This document shows, in pieces, positions 41,585 to 51,344 of a DNA stretch of 64,000 bases. The stretch comes from Candidatus Poribacteria bacterium. GTDB taxonomy: Bacteria; Poribacteria; WGA-4E; PCPOR2b. A program made the position numbers and the translations under genes. The first letter of the stretch is position 1; each line of letters opens with the position of its first letter. The stretch covers positions 928,001-992,000 of the forward strand of contig OZ242326.1 in NCBI GenBank assembly GCA_965208325.1. Direction: 5' to 3'. Below the pieces are notes generated by a model. The model ran no database searches, was not told where the DNA came from, and saw only the letters and a list, made by a program, of their open reading frames with translations.

Positions 41585-42591
41585 GATGAATCCCTAAATA
41601 AACTTGTTTTCTGAAGTAAGGCGATAGCGAACCAAGCATTTTTATCCAGCCACTGCGCATGCATTTCCAGCCCGGCAGCGCGGCAAATGCCTACAAAACT
41701 TTCGATTGTATATTTGTGGCTATTCTCCGTATGGATGAACTCATCGGACTCAAAATGGAACACCCGTTCGGACGTATCGATATACGCAGTCTGATGCCGC
41801 CGACTGATAAGACGCATCTCAATGCGGCTTTGTGTTCCAACAAACGGCGCGGCATGCTCAAAGTCATCAATGACAAAGGTACCTCCTAACTCGCGGTTAA
41901 TTCGCACCAACACGTTCTTGTTGAATGCGGCGGTTACACCAGCGGAATCGTTGTAGGCGGCCTCAATGATGCCGCGATCTTTCAACAGATCAAAACCGAC
42001 TAACAGCCTATCTTCTTGATTCATCTGATTAGCGATTCGCCCCAAGAATGCAACCGCTTCCCTCGTTCCAAAATTCCCAATATTGCTCCCGAGAAACAGG
42101 ATGAGTCGAGGGCCTTCGTGGTGAGGCAAGATTGGGATGGCGTCGTTGTATTCTGCTGCAATGGCAGTTATCGACAATCGTCCGTACTCATTCAGAAGGG
42201 AAAAGGAAGCTGCACGGAGGAAATCCGAGGAAATGTCAACAGAAGTATAGTGAAGATTCTTCTGACAATTGAGGGCAGCGTTGATGAAGAGGCGCGTTTT
42301 GATGGAACTCCCGCTGCCAAATTCCACTAGCGCCAAGTTTTGCCCCACCGTATCAATCATCTCGGAGACATTGTCTTCCAAAATTTTCTGTTCGGTTCGT
42401 GTGAGGTAGTATTCCGGAAGCTTGCATATCTGCTCGAAAAGGTGGGAACCAGCCGCGTCGTAAAATAGGCGGCAAGGTAGGATTTTTTGCGGCTGCGAAA
42501 GCCCTTCAACAACCGCGTTGGTGAAATTCCTTTCCTCCTGATCTCTTGGCAGTTCAATAAAGTTGACTCCAGAGATCATATATTTTCTCAT
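41581..42591 (-). CDS. egtD: L-histidine N-alpha-methyltransferase
   Basis: FYDAAGSHLFEQIC.LPEYY.TRTE, EFGSGSSIKT, FLGSNIGN, YNDSAGVTAAFN, HTENSHKY. Confidence 0.92.
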   Translation of the reverse strand: MRKYMISGVNFIELPRDQEERNFTNAVVEGLSQPQKILPCRLFYDAAGSHLFEQICKLPEYYLTRTEQKILEDNVSEMIDTVGQNLALVEFGSGSSIKTRLFINAALNCQKNLHYTSVDISSDFLRAASFSLLNEYGRLSITAIAAEYNDAIPILPHHEGPRLILFLGSNIGNFGTREAVAFLGRIANQMNQEDRLLVGFDLLKDRGIIEAAYNDSAGVTAAFNKNVLVRINRELGGTFVIDDFEHAAPFVGTQSRIEMRLISRRHQTAYIDTSERVFHFESDEFIHTENSHKYTIESFVGICRAAGLEMHAQWLDKNAWFAIALLQKTSLFRDSS

Positions 42592-42769
42592 ATTCCATTC
42601 TCCGAAATCAGCGATAGCTGGCGCAACTCTACACTCCCGGCGACCTCATGATAGTTGGGTGAGGGTATTTACCTACGAGAATCGGCTGGAATTATGCAGC
42701 TCACGACCCGTTAAGCCAAGCGCAGAACCGTTGTTACGAAATAAAATCTCTATGGCGCAATCCGATCAC

Positions 42770-43222
42770 TTACAAATCGAAAATTACCTGTGCAATCCAA
42801 CTACCATCCGGCATTTGCTCAACACTCAACTGATGGTAAGTAACACTCTTGATCTCAGTGTACACGACATGTTTATTGAAATTTACTGGCTCGCCGCGAG
42901 CGACCGCGGACAACGCTGGCGGCTGCTCTGAAATTGACCGAATATCGACTCGCCTGAAAAACATCTCCTCAACTTCATGCCTAAAATTCAACTCATCCAA
43001 CCACGCCACCATCAAATCTTCGAGCGATCCCGCCGTTAACTCAATTTTGATTTGTGCCGCCTCATCAATAGTGTTAGCGTCAGCAATACTCTCAAGAAGT
43101 CCGTGCGCTGCATGGGTGAAAAGTTGTTTCAGTGTCCTGCCGTACGCGCGAATGCCGAGATCGCCGGTATGATCTAAATAGGTATAGGTTTCAGTCAAAT
43201 TTTCCTCTGTGGCCGCACACAA
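42770..43222 (-). CDS. archease (SHS2 domain, RtcB cofactor)
   Basis: YLDHTGDLGI, WLDEL, EIKSVTYH, IFDL C-terminus. Confidence 0.92.
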   Translation of the reverse strand: MCAATEENLTETYTYLDHTGDLGIRAYGRTLKQLFTHAAHGLLESIADANTIDEAAQIKIELTAGSLEDLMVAWLDELNFRHEVEEMFFRRVDIRSISEQPPALSAVARGEPVNFNKHVVYTEIKSVTYHQLSVEQMPDGSWIAQVIFDL

Positions 43223-43514
43223 CTAGGCTCTCAGTTTACCAGAAAATTTCTCATACATCAATGAAAAATTCAACCGCTGCGCCGCCGCAATTTTGTGGCT
43301 TTCAATTCATGCGATGATGTGCTAAAATAGTAACGTCTTGTTGTTCACACCCTGGCATTCGACCCAATCGGCTGCGCGGCAAGACCATTATTCGCTGCAA
43401 ATCGAAAGTTAATCTTAGCTTCTCATTTGAAAAAATTCGGTTGGATGTGTGGTTTTAACGAAATCGCGGACCTATAATCCGTTGTAAACTCGTAACAAGG
43501 AAGCGTGCGAAGAG

Positions 43515-44381
43515 ATGAAAAGATTAAACCGAGCGATTGAACTGCTTGAACTGGGACAACCAATATATTACACCGGCGTTGGAGAACCAACCTATTACGG
43601 AGGCATTAAAGCCTCCCAAACATGGGCAGACTATATCATCTTTGAAATGGAACACGAGATGTACAACATCCGAGCGTTGGATGAATTCATGCGCGGCCTT
43701 ACGGCGGGCGGACCGACCCGGAGTGGACATCGCACGCCAGCGGTACTTGTCACGCTCCCGACTGACGGTACAGATGAAAGCGTAATTCGTGCGAATGCTT
43801 GGATGATTAAGCAGGTTCTCGCAAGAGGCATCCATGGAATATTGCTTTGCCATGTAGAAACACCGGGCGCGGCGAAAGCACTCGTTGAATCGGTTCGCTA
43901 CCCTTTCCATACAATAGGTGTCGGAGACGGGGTGAATACGGGGCGCCGCGGAAATGGCGGGCAGGGGAATGCGGCATCAATTTGGGGGATATCGGTCGAA
44001 GAATATTTTGAGAAAGCGGATGTCTGGCCTCTAAATCCGGATGGCGAAATAATGCTCGGCTTGAAGATTGAAAATCGCCGGGCGCTCACTAACGCAGAAG
44101 CTACCGTAGCCGTGTCCGGGATCGCCTTCGCCGAGTGGGGCCCAGGGGATATGGCGTTTTCGTTTGGTTATAGAGATCGCCCTTCGCCTTATCCGGAGGA
44201 ATTGCAGCGCGCTCGGACGCGTGTCCTATCAGCTTGTAAATCTGCGAATATCGCCTTCTTGGATGGCGTGACGCCAGAGAATGTGATTGATAAAATTGAC
44301 GAAGGCGTTCGCGTTTGCGCAGGAGGTGAGGAATCGGCGGAAGTTGGCCGAAAGCACACCAACCGCGAAATGCCTTGGTAG
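43515..44381 (+). CDS. HpcH/HpaI aldolase/citrate lyase family protein
   Basis: FEMEH, QVLARG..GILL, RYP, KIEN, GPGDM. Confidence 0.8.
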   Translation: MKRLNRAIELLELGQPIYYTGVGEPTYYGGIKASQTWADYIIFEMEHEMYNIRALDEFMRGLTAGGPTRSGHRTPAVLVTLPTDGTDESVIRANAWMIKQVLARGIHGILLCHVETPGAAKALVESVRYPFHTIGVGDGVNTGRRGNGGQGNAASIWGISVEEYFEKADVWPLNPDGEIMLGLKIENRRALTNAEATVAVSGIAFAEWGPGDMAFSFGYRDRPSPYPEELQRARTRVLSACKSANIAFLDGVTPENVIDKIDEGVRVCAGGEESAEVGRKHTNREMPW

Positions 44382-44536
44382 AATTGAAACGTGCACGATG
44401 AGGAAGTGAACCTTTCCGACGATTTCATTCGAATACAGTTATTTGGCAGTTGATTTACGCAACGGGTGCACTGTGTTGCGCCGCGGATAAATGTTCTAAT
44501 CGGATTACGCCCCGCTCAATCGATTGACTTTGGATA

Positions 44537-47500
44537 ATGCGTACGCTAATTACGTTTTTTCTTACCGGTATTTTAAGTCTGTCTGGCATCCGCTATCCAA
44601 ACCCCTTTCATGCGCAGTCAGAAGTGATAGTTGATAACTCCAACCGTGAGCATGGTGAGGTATCTGCCTCACAATTTCCTGTTAATTTACATTCTGCCTC
44701 CGAGCAGGTCATCAGTTATGACGATGTCTACGGTATTGGGATAACACTGCCTTTTGATGGAGATGTAGCAATTAGCGCATTAGAAGGCAACCGAATAATA
44801 ATCAAACTCGATAAGCAAGCGATTGGGATTAATGAAGAGATTGTCCAAAGGTTTCTTGACGCCGTCAAGCTGGGAATTTCTAGGGTAGAGGACACCGTGC
44901 AAATAACACCTCAACTCCCGGACGGTTTTGAAACCGAAGCGAAATTGACGCGCATAAACTGTCGTGTCGAAGTTCCGCCCGACATCTCGGTTAGAATCCA
45001 TACTTCAAACGGCAACGTTCACGTTGGCGGGCTTCGGGGCGTTTTGAACATCGCGGCGAATGTCGGCGATATTCAGTTCAGCGAGACAATGGGACAATAC
45101 CAAGTGGCTTTAACCGAAGGACGCATTTTCGGCCGTATTTTTTTGACGAAGGGGAAAAACTCCTTTGAAACACAGTCAGGCTCCATTGATCTCACCATCT
45201 TGGATTCAGTCGCAGCGCCAATGGATTTCACGGCAGTTAACGGCGGAATTCGACTACGCTTACCGCAAAATTTCCCGGCTGACGTGGAAATCAACAATGA
45301 AAAACGTGATCGACGTACAATTTTCATTGAGGTGCCCGCAGAGATTGACCATTCCCTTACGGGCGATGTCCTGCATGGTGCGATCAACGGCGGCGGTCCG
45401 TTAATACGGTTGCACGCCAGCGATCAGGTTGCGGTTTTGGCGGGTGAATCTTCGCTTCCGGATCGGACGGAGGCAGGTGAAGACAATTTACTTAGCGATG
45501 GACTACTCCATGACGAAAACGACACCGCCACGATTCCCACTGCGGCAGTAACCAAAACCGAGGTCCCCCCAATAATTGACGGCAATCTGTTTGAGAAAAC
45601 GTGGTCGAACACTCTTTCACTGCACGACTTTTACGAAGCAGATGGAATACACCCAGCGCGGGAACCGACGCAAGTGTTTCTGATGTGGGACGATCGATTT
45701 CTTTACATAGGTGTGAGAGCCTACGACGCACAAATGGGGGAGGTGCATGTTTCCCAAAGGACTAAGGACTCGGCTGTAGGGACGGACGACTCCATTGAAA
45801 TACTTGTCGATCCAAATCCACAGACACCCCTTTACTATCACATCATTATTAATCCGATTGGGACGGTCCTCGACCAGATTGTACGATCAAACTATTCTCC
45901 AGACGCGCAAATCCCATCGGTAGACGCTGGCGAGAAACCCATGGGATTAACATCGTCGAACGGAATTGTCGATTTGCATTGGAATGCAAATGCGAATATC
46001 AAGACCGAAATCGCGTCGACCTTCTGGACCGCGGAAATTGCATTACCCCTTTCCTCACTTGAATCCGCCGCGGCGGACGACTGGCGATTAAATGTTCTAC
46101 GCAAAGTTCATCGCCATGATGAGTGTAGTTATTGGTCGCCGACCTACGATGTAAACACGCCTTGGTGGCCGCATTGGCGGGAACGGATGGGGATTTTGCG
46201 TTTGGTCTCGTCTCAGTCTTCCGTATACACGGAGAACTACGAACTTGAAGAAAAATTTGAGATTTCCGGAATTGAGGTACATGGAAATGCCGAGATTTCG
46301 ACACCAGAAATTCTTCAACTCCTGCCCTATAAACGTGGTGATGTTGTCACCGCCAGCGAACTATCTTGGCTGAAAGCGGAACTTGAAATTCACGACTGGT
46401 TTCTTCAAGCGCATCTGGAAACCACAGATGCACCCTCGGAAGGCGAGGAACCGCCGACAGATTCGTCAATTAATCTCCAGCCAATCGTTTTCCAAGTGGT
46501 AATTTCAATTCGTGTGACGGAGATGCCGACACGGTATGTTCAATTAGTCAGCCTGCACAACAATAGGTTTCTTCATTCAAACGCAATTCGGGCGTTATTC
46601 GGGTTAAAAGACGGGCGCACTTCAATCCAAGAATTAGAGACGAAATGTAATCTAATCGCAACATACTATCATAATAGCGGTTATAACCTCGCGTGGACCG
46701 ATTACCGGTTTGTTGGCGGCAATTTGCAAATTGACATTGATGAGGGACATCTGGACGAAATTCGCTTCGTAGGAAATCGACGCATCCAAACCGACGTGCT
46801 GCTTGATGAATTTGAACTCAAACAGGGCGAAATTTATAATGAGAAACGCTGCCAATCGCTTATTGATGAACTGGATTTAAAGCTCAATAATAACAAATCC
46901 TATGTTTCGGCGGTTAAACACTGGCAGTTGAAACAGGATGAAGACAAAAATGTGCTGGAGATAGAAGTTGAAGAACGGTCCATCGTCAATTGGGATCTGC
47001 TGCCGGTTGCCGACTTCAATCGCGTGCATGGAGTAATTCTAGGCGGGGGTGGTGAAGTACAGACGAAGGACTATGGGGGCGGACGAGTCTTCGGAAGCCT
47101 TAGTTATGGACTATCGAGCGAAACCTTGAATTTTCACTTGGGTGCGGAAAAACGCTGGTTTGACCGTCACACTGTCCGTGCCGGCGGAAGGATTCACAAT
47201 CTTACGGGAACAATCCACGGTATGGCGCTTTCCCAAAGCGAAGAGCTACTCGCATCACTTGTGGTTGGCGATGCTTACATGGATTATTACTTGCGGCGGG
47301 GTTATCAGGCTTGGTTAAAAGGCCAATTGACCCCTTTCGCAAGCATAATGCTCAGATTTGACGACGAAAGACACGAGATTCTTTTTACTTCGACGAATTG
47401 GAGTCTGTTCAATGGGAAAACACCCAAAAAAAGCAATCTGCGGATAAATGAAGGGCATCTCCGAAGTTTTTCGGCGTCTTTTGACTTCGATTCCCGCGAT

Positions 47501-48076
47501 CATAAGTCGCATCTCAGCCGCAATTTCCAAGATTATCCTACTCCCAACTCCCGAACTACCCGGGGATGGCAGGGAAATTTAGCTTTTGAATACGCCGGAA
47601 AACACCTTCAAACAGACTTCGATTTCACCCTTTACCGCTTCAATCTAACTCGCTACAATAAATTCTCAAAAAATCACTTTTTTGACTTCCGATTGGCAGG
47701 CGGCTTCTCGGATGCCCCGTTGCCGCGTCAGCGCCAATTCTATCTAGGCGGTCTTGGAACACTGCGCGGGTACGGCTTCAGGGAATTCAGCGGCGACAAT
47801 ATGCTGCTTTCGAATTTGGAATACCGCTACCGCCTGTCACAGAGTAATCTCCTTGCTATTGCGGCGATGGCGTTCCTCGACACCGGATACACCTGGCATT
47901 ACCGCGAACGCATGATACTGAATCGTTTCAACACGTCGATCGGCATTGGCCTTTCTCTAGGCTGGTTGAATTTGCCCGATACCGTTCAGATGGACACGGT
48001 TCGGATTGAGATTGCACGTGCTATTCGTAAATCGCGGAACGTCAACTTCATTTTGCGCCTTTCACGGATGTACTGA
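44537..48076 (+). CDS. large secreted fusion: DUF4097 beta-repeat, CBM9-like, POTRA domains and Omp85/BamA-type barrel
   Basis: TSNGNV/NGGI/INGGGP repeats; PIIDGNL..W, WDDRFLYIG, DSIEILVDP, WTAEIALP; I.V.GN-type POTRA starts; LGGLGTLRGY..F.GD and FLDTG barrel motifs. Confidence 0.8.
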   Translation: MRTLITFFLTGILSLSGIRYPNPFHAQSEVIVDNSNREHGEVSASQFPVNLHSASEQVISYDDVYGIGITLPFDGDVAISALEGNRIIIKLDKQAIGINEEIVQRFLDAVKLGISRVEDTVQITPQLPDGFETEAKLTRINCRVEVPPDISVRIHTSNGNVHVGGLRGVLNIAANVGDIQFSETMGQYQVALTEGRIFGRIFLTKGKNSFETQSGSIDLTILDSVAAPMDFTAVNGGIRLRLPQNFPADVEINNEKRDRRTIFIEVPAEIDHSLTGDVLHGAINGGGPLIRLHASDQVAVLAGESSLPDRTEAGEDNLLSDGLLHDENDTATIPTAAVTKTEVPPIIDGNLFEKTWSNTLSLHDFYEADGIHPAREPTQVFLMWDDRFLYIGVRAYDAQMGEVHVSQRTKDSAVGTDDSIEILVDPNPQTPLYYHIIINPIGTVLDQIVRSNYSPDAQIPSVDAGEKPMGLTSSNGIVDLHWNANANIKTEIASTFWTAEIALPLSSLESAAADDWRLNVLRKVHRHDECSYWSPTYDVNTPWWPHWRERMGILRLVSSQSSVYTENYELEEKFEISGIEVHGNAEISTPEILQLLPYKRGDVVTASELSWLKAELEIHDWFLQAHLETTDAPSEGEEPPTDSSINLQPIVFQVVISIRVTEMPTRYVQLVSLHNNRFLHSNAIRALFGLKDGRTSIQELETKCNLIATYYHNSGYNLAWTDYRFVGGNLQIDIDEGHLDEIRFVGNRRIQTDVLLDEFELKQGEIYNEKRCQSLIDELDLKLNNNKSYVSAVKHWQLKQDEDKNVLEIEVEERSIVNWDLLPVADFNRVHGVILGGGGEVQTKDYGGGRVFGSLSYGLSSETLNFHLGAEKRWFDRHTVRAGGRIHNLTGTIHGMALSQSEELLASLVVGDAYMDYYLRRGYQAWLKGQLTPFASIMLRFDDERHEILFTSTNWSLFNGKTPKKSNLRINEGHLRSFSASFDFDSRDHKSHLSRNFQDYPTPNSRTTRGWQGNLAFEYAGKHLQTDFDFTLYRFNLTRYNKFSKNHFFDFRLAGGFSDAPLPRQRQFYLGGLGTLRGYGFREFSGDNMLLSNLEYRYRLSQSNLLAIAAMAFLDTGYTWHYRERMILNRFNTSIGIGLSLGWLNLPDTVQMDTVRIEIARAIRKSRNVNFILRLSRMY

Positions 48077-48245
48077 AGCTGGGCTATAGCAAACTGATTC
48101 CGCGATGATTGCTTCGCAGGATATCTGTTGATTGCATTCACGCGCCCTGAGTATTCGTTCGAAATCCATTAATGACTCATAATGAAACGATTTGCACAAT
48201 ACTTAGCCCAATTCTCCCCACAAACAACCCTTCCCTTAACAAAGT

Positions 48246-48294
48246 GACACTTCTCTTTTATCAAATTGACACATTTGTGTCTTTTTAAGACACA
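48246..48294. promoter_or_regulatory. putative upstream activator sites for a sigma54 enhancer-binding protein
   Basis: palindrome TGTGTCT-N5-AGACACA (48276-48294); GACAC at 48246, 48268, 48289, spaced 21-22 bp. Confidence 0.55.
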
Positions 48295-48508
48295 TTTGTT
48301 TACAGTCCCAGAACCTCGCATGCGGCAAGGATTTTCACGGTTGTAGTGTACCATTATTGCGATCTTGGGTAAACAGATGTGTCTTATTCATTCCTACCAC
48401 TCGAACACTTCTTCCCCCAAATGAAAACTTTTCGACCTGTCAGTATTCCTCACTACATGAGGATTTCTAAGACATAGCATGGCTAAATTTGGAAGTAAAG
48501 TATTGACT

Positions 48509-48524
48509 TGGCACAGGATTTGCT
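48509..48524 (+). promoter_or_regulatory. sigma54 (-24/-12) promoter
   Basis: TGGCAC-AGGAT-TTGCT, matching the consensus with GG-N10-GC spacing. Confidence 0.8.
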
Positions 48525-48756
48525 AGTTTAGGATTGTCGAAGAACTCAGAGGCGCCTATTTGAGGGATGACGGTTTTCCTGGCGACGGTTTTGCCGTCGC
48601 CCCTCTCATGCCTTAATGTCTCGGCGCCTGAAATCCCTTCGCTATGATAGTCAAAATAATGAGCCAACAAAACAGAATCTGAACAAGGCAGCATTGGGCA
48701 TTGCTGCTCATGCGCCGCACCTAACAATTTACACTCTGGGAAGAGGAGGGTCTACA

Positions 48757-48942
48757 TTGACAACCCATAATGAAAGCCATACAAGATTTATAACAGAGAA
48801 TACTGACGAATTCAATGCGCTTGTCGATGCCATCTCAGACTTGCGAAAAGCTATTGCTGCGTACCACCATGATTTCAAAAAGAGAAAAGTAGAACTATTG
48901 GTTGAGATTGTGCGTCTTCGGGACCTTAATGCCGGACCATAG
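48757..48942 (+). CDS. small hypothetical protein (61 aa), possibly truncated by a premature TAG
   Basis: AGGAGG RBS then TTG; helical composition; the frame stays open for 51 more codons to 49098. Confidence 0.45.
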   Translation: MTTHNESHTRFITENTDEFNALVDAISDLRKAIAAYHHDFKKRKVELLVEIVRLRDLNAGP

Positions 48943-49116
48943 TGGAGAAGTCTGCTCGCGGATGCGTTCATCAATACCCCGGCTGCAACGCATTCTGATA
49001 AATCCAATACGCCGTACTCACGCCTTGTCTTCACAAATGTGAAAACTGAAAAGACATATTTACGAGAGTTGAAGCTTTACGCCAATCACACATTGTAAGG
49101 GCCAAATGAACTAGCT

Positions 49117-49344
49117 ATGAAAGTATTTCGCGCACTCTTTTGGTGGCATGCCGCAATAATTTACCTTGTTGTCCTAATATTGACTGGATGCAGCCAGCAC
49201 AAACCCACAGAATTTCGCCCCGCGGCGGATCACCATGAGGAGGCGATTGACCTCTTGAGCGATGAAGAATGGGAGTCTTTGATGAGTTTGCCTCCCTTAC
49301 CATATGCCCCGCCGCCAGACCTTACGGATTGTGATACCAAATGA
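49117..49344 (+). CDS. small lipoprotein
   Basis: basic N-terminus, hydrophobic core, lipobox LTG-C. Confidence 0.55.
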   Translation: MKVFRALFWWHAAIIYLVVLILTGCSQHKPTEFRPAADHHEEAIDLLSDEEWESLMSLPPLPYAPPPDLTDCDTK

Positions 49345-49673
49345 ACAAGCGTCGACCTAGCGGTATCCTTTCGGATGGCATCTAATTATTCCCGTTTGAG
49401 TAGCTCCAATGTTACTTATTGCGTTAAGTGCTGAGTTAAATCAACGAAAACACTTGCGGCGATGGAATCTACCGATACTAAACTGCCAGTCAAAATTTTT
49501 GCGGCGAACGAAAATTGACAATTTGTGAAAAAATTGTGTTACACTGTAGCAAATTGTCGAGAAATTGAACAATCGGGTTCGCCCAACATAGTAAGCTAAA
49601 GCTATCGGCAACAACAAATCACGCTTGTGATATTCTCGACAGAATTCTAACCACTTGCTTCTACAGGGGAGAA

Positions 49674-51311
49674 ATGAAGGACGAGAATAAGTCGCAGGCG
49701 GAACTAATTGACGAATTACAAGAGATGCGCGAGCGTGTCATACAACTAGAACGTGAACGAGTACAATACAAACAGATGGCACAAGCCGATCCCTACTATA
49801 ACACGCCGGAGATGTTTGCATCCGTAGACACACAATCGGAGAGGGTACTGCACTGCAACGAGTCGCTTATCATGGCATTGGGTTACACCGAATCGGAAAT
49901 TGTCGGTTCGTCAATATTCAAGATGTATCATGAGGACTGCTTAGAATACGCAAAGCGGGTGTTCGCGAATCTCATAAAAACCGGCGAAATCCGCGATACC
50001 GAACTGGTTTTGCGGAAAAAAGACGGCGACATAATTGATGTAAGCTTGAGCGCTTCTACGGTCTGTGATGAAAATGGGGACCCGCTTTACAGCCGTTGTT
50101 TCTGGGCGGACATAACGGAACACAAAGAGACAGAAAGAAAACTTCGCAGGAGTGACCTAAGCTTCCGTCAACTTGCGGAGAGTATTCGCGAGGTGTTCTG
50201 GCTGATGTCGCTGGATGGTGACGAGATATTCTACCTGAGTCCCGGGTATGAAGACATATGGGGCAGGCCTAGTGAAGACCTCATCGCTCATCCGATGTCG
50301 TGGGTAGAGCACATTCACCCGGAGGACCGAGAGCGCGTAGTAAGCAAATTTCAACGACGGACACAGGGGCAGTTTACAGAACCCGGCACTGAATTTCGAA
50401 TTTACCGGCCTGATGGATCCGTCCGCTGGATTCTTGGGCGGTCATTTCCTGTCGAAGATGAGAACGGTAAGGTTTACCGCATGGCGGGTTTTGCACTGGA
50501 CATTACGGAACGCAAACACGCCGAAGAATTGTCCGCGATGCAGCAGCAGCAGCTAATTCAAGCGGATAGAATGACCTCAATAGGGATTTTAACCGCTGGA
50601 GTAGCACACGAGATTAACAATCCGAACAATTTTATCATACTCAACGGGGAAATACTTGAGAAGGCGTGGAACGACGTTTTACCAATTTTAGAGACGTATT
50701 GCGAGGAACACGGGGATTTCACTTGTGCGGGCATGCCGTATGCTCAAGCACGCGGGAGCATCAAAAATCTTACGGCGGGGATAATTATTGGGGCGACTCG
50801 AATTCAGAAAATAGTGAACGCCCTTGGCGATTTTGTGCAACAAGATGAGGAGAATTTGAGTCAACTGGTGGACTGCAATGCTGTTGTTGGCTCTGCTATC
50901 GTCATTGCGGAAAACCTGATAAAGATATCGACGAACAATTTCTCGACAGACTTGCAGCCAAATCTACCGAAAATTTCGGGTAGCCGACAACAACTTGAAC
51001 AGGTCTTAATTAACTTAATCTCCAATTCTTGCCAAGCGCTTTCTAATCCTAACAAGAGCGTAGTAGTTTCAACTCGGAACAGTGCCGATCAAGTAATGAT
51101 TGAAGTTCGTGACGAAGGAGAAGGGATTCCGTCTGAAGATTTGCAACAGGTCATGGGAGCCTTTTTCACCACAAAGCGTGAAACCGGCGGCACAGGTCTA
51201 GGGCTATCCGTCTCTTATAATATTATCCAGAATCACGGCGGGGATATTACCTTCAACTCCGAAATCGGAAAGGGGACGGTAGCAACCGTAACGCTGCCAG
51301 CGGTCAATTGA
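49674..51311 (+). CDS. cytoplasmic PAS-PAS sensor histidine kinase (NtrB-like)
   Basis: two PAS/PAC domains (DITE), AGVAHEINNP H-box, EQVLINL, DEGEGI, FFTTK, GTGLGL. Confidence 0.93.
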   Translation: MKDENKSQAELIDELQEMRERVIQLERERVQYKQMAQADPYYNTPEMFASVDTQSERVLHCNESLIMALGYTESEIVGSSIFKMYHEDCLEYAKRVFANLIKTGEIRDTELVLRKKDGDIIDVSLSASTVCDENGDPLYSRCFWADITEHKETERKLRRSDLSFRQLAESIREVFWLMSLDGDEIFYLSPGYEDIWGRPSEDLIAHPMSWVEHIHPEDRERVVSKFQRRTQGQFTEPGTEFRIYRPDGSVRWILGRSFPVEDENGKVYRMAGFALDITERKHAEELSAMQQQQLIQADRMTSIGILTAGVAHEINNPNNFIILNGEILEKAWNDVLPILETYCEEHGDFTCAGMPYAQARGSIKNLTAGIIIGATRIQKIVNALGDFVQQDEENLSQLVDCNAVVGSAIVIAENLIKISTNNFSTDLQPNLPKISGSRQQLEQVLINLISNSCQALSNPNKSVVVSTRNSADQVMIEVRDEGEGIPSEDLQQVMGAFFTTKRETGGTGLGLSVSYNIIQNHGGDITFNSEIGKGTVATVTLPAVN

Positions 51312-51344
51312 TATTCGCCGCGTCTTCGATATGGAGGAAAATCC

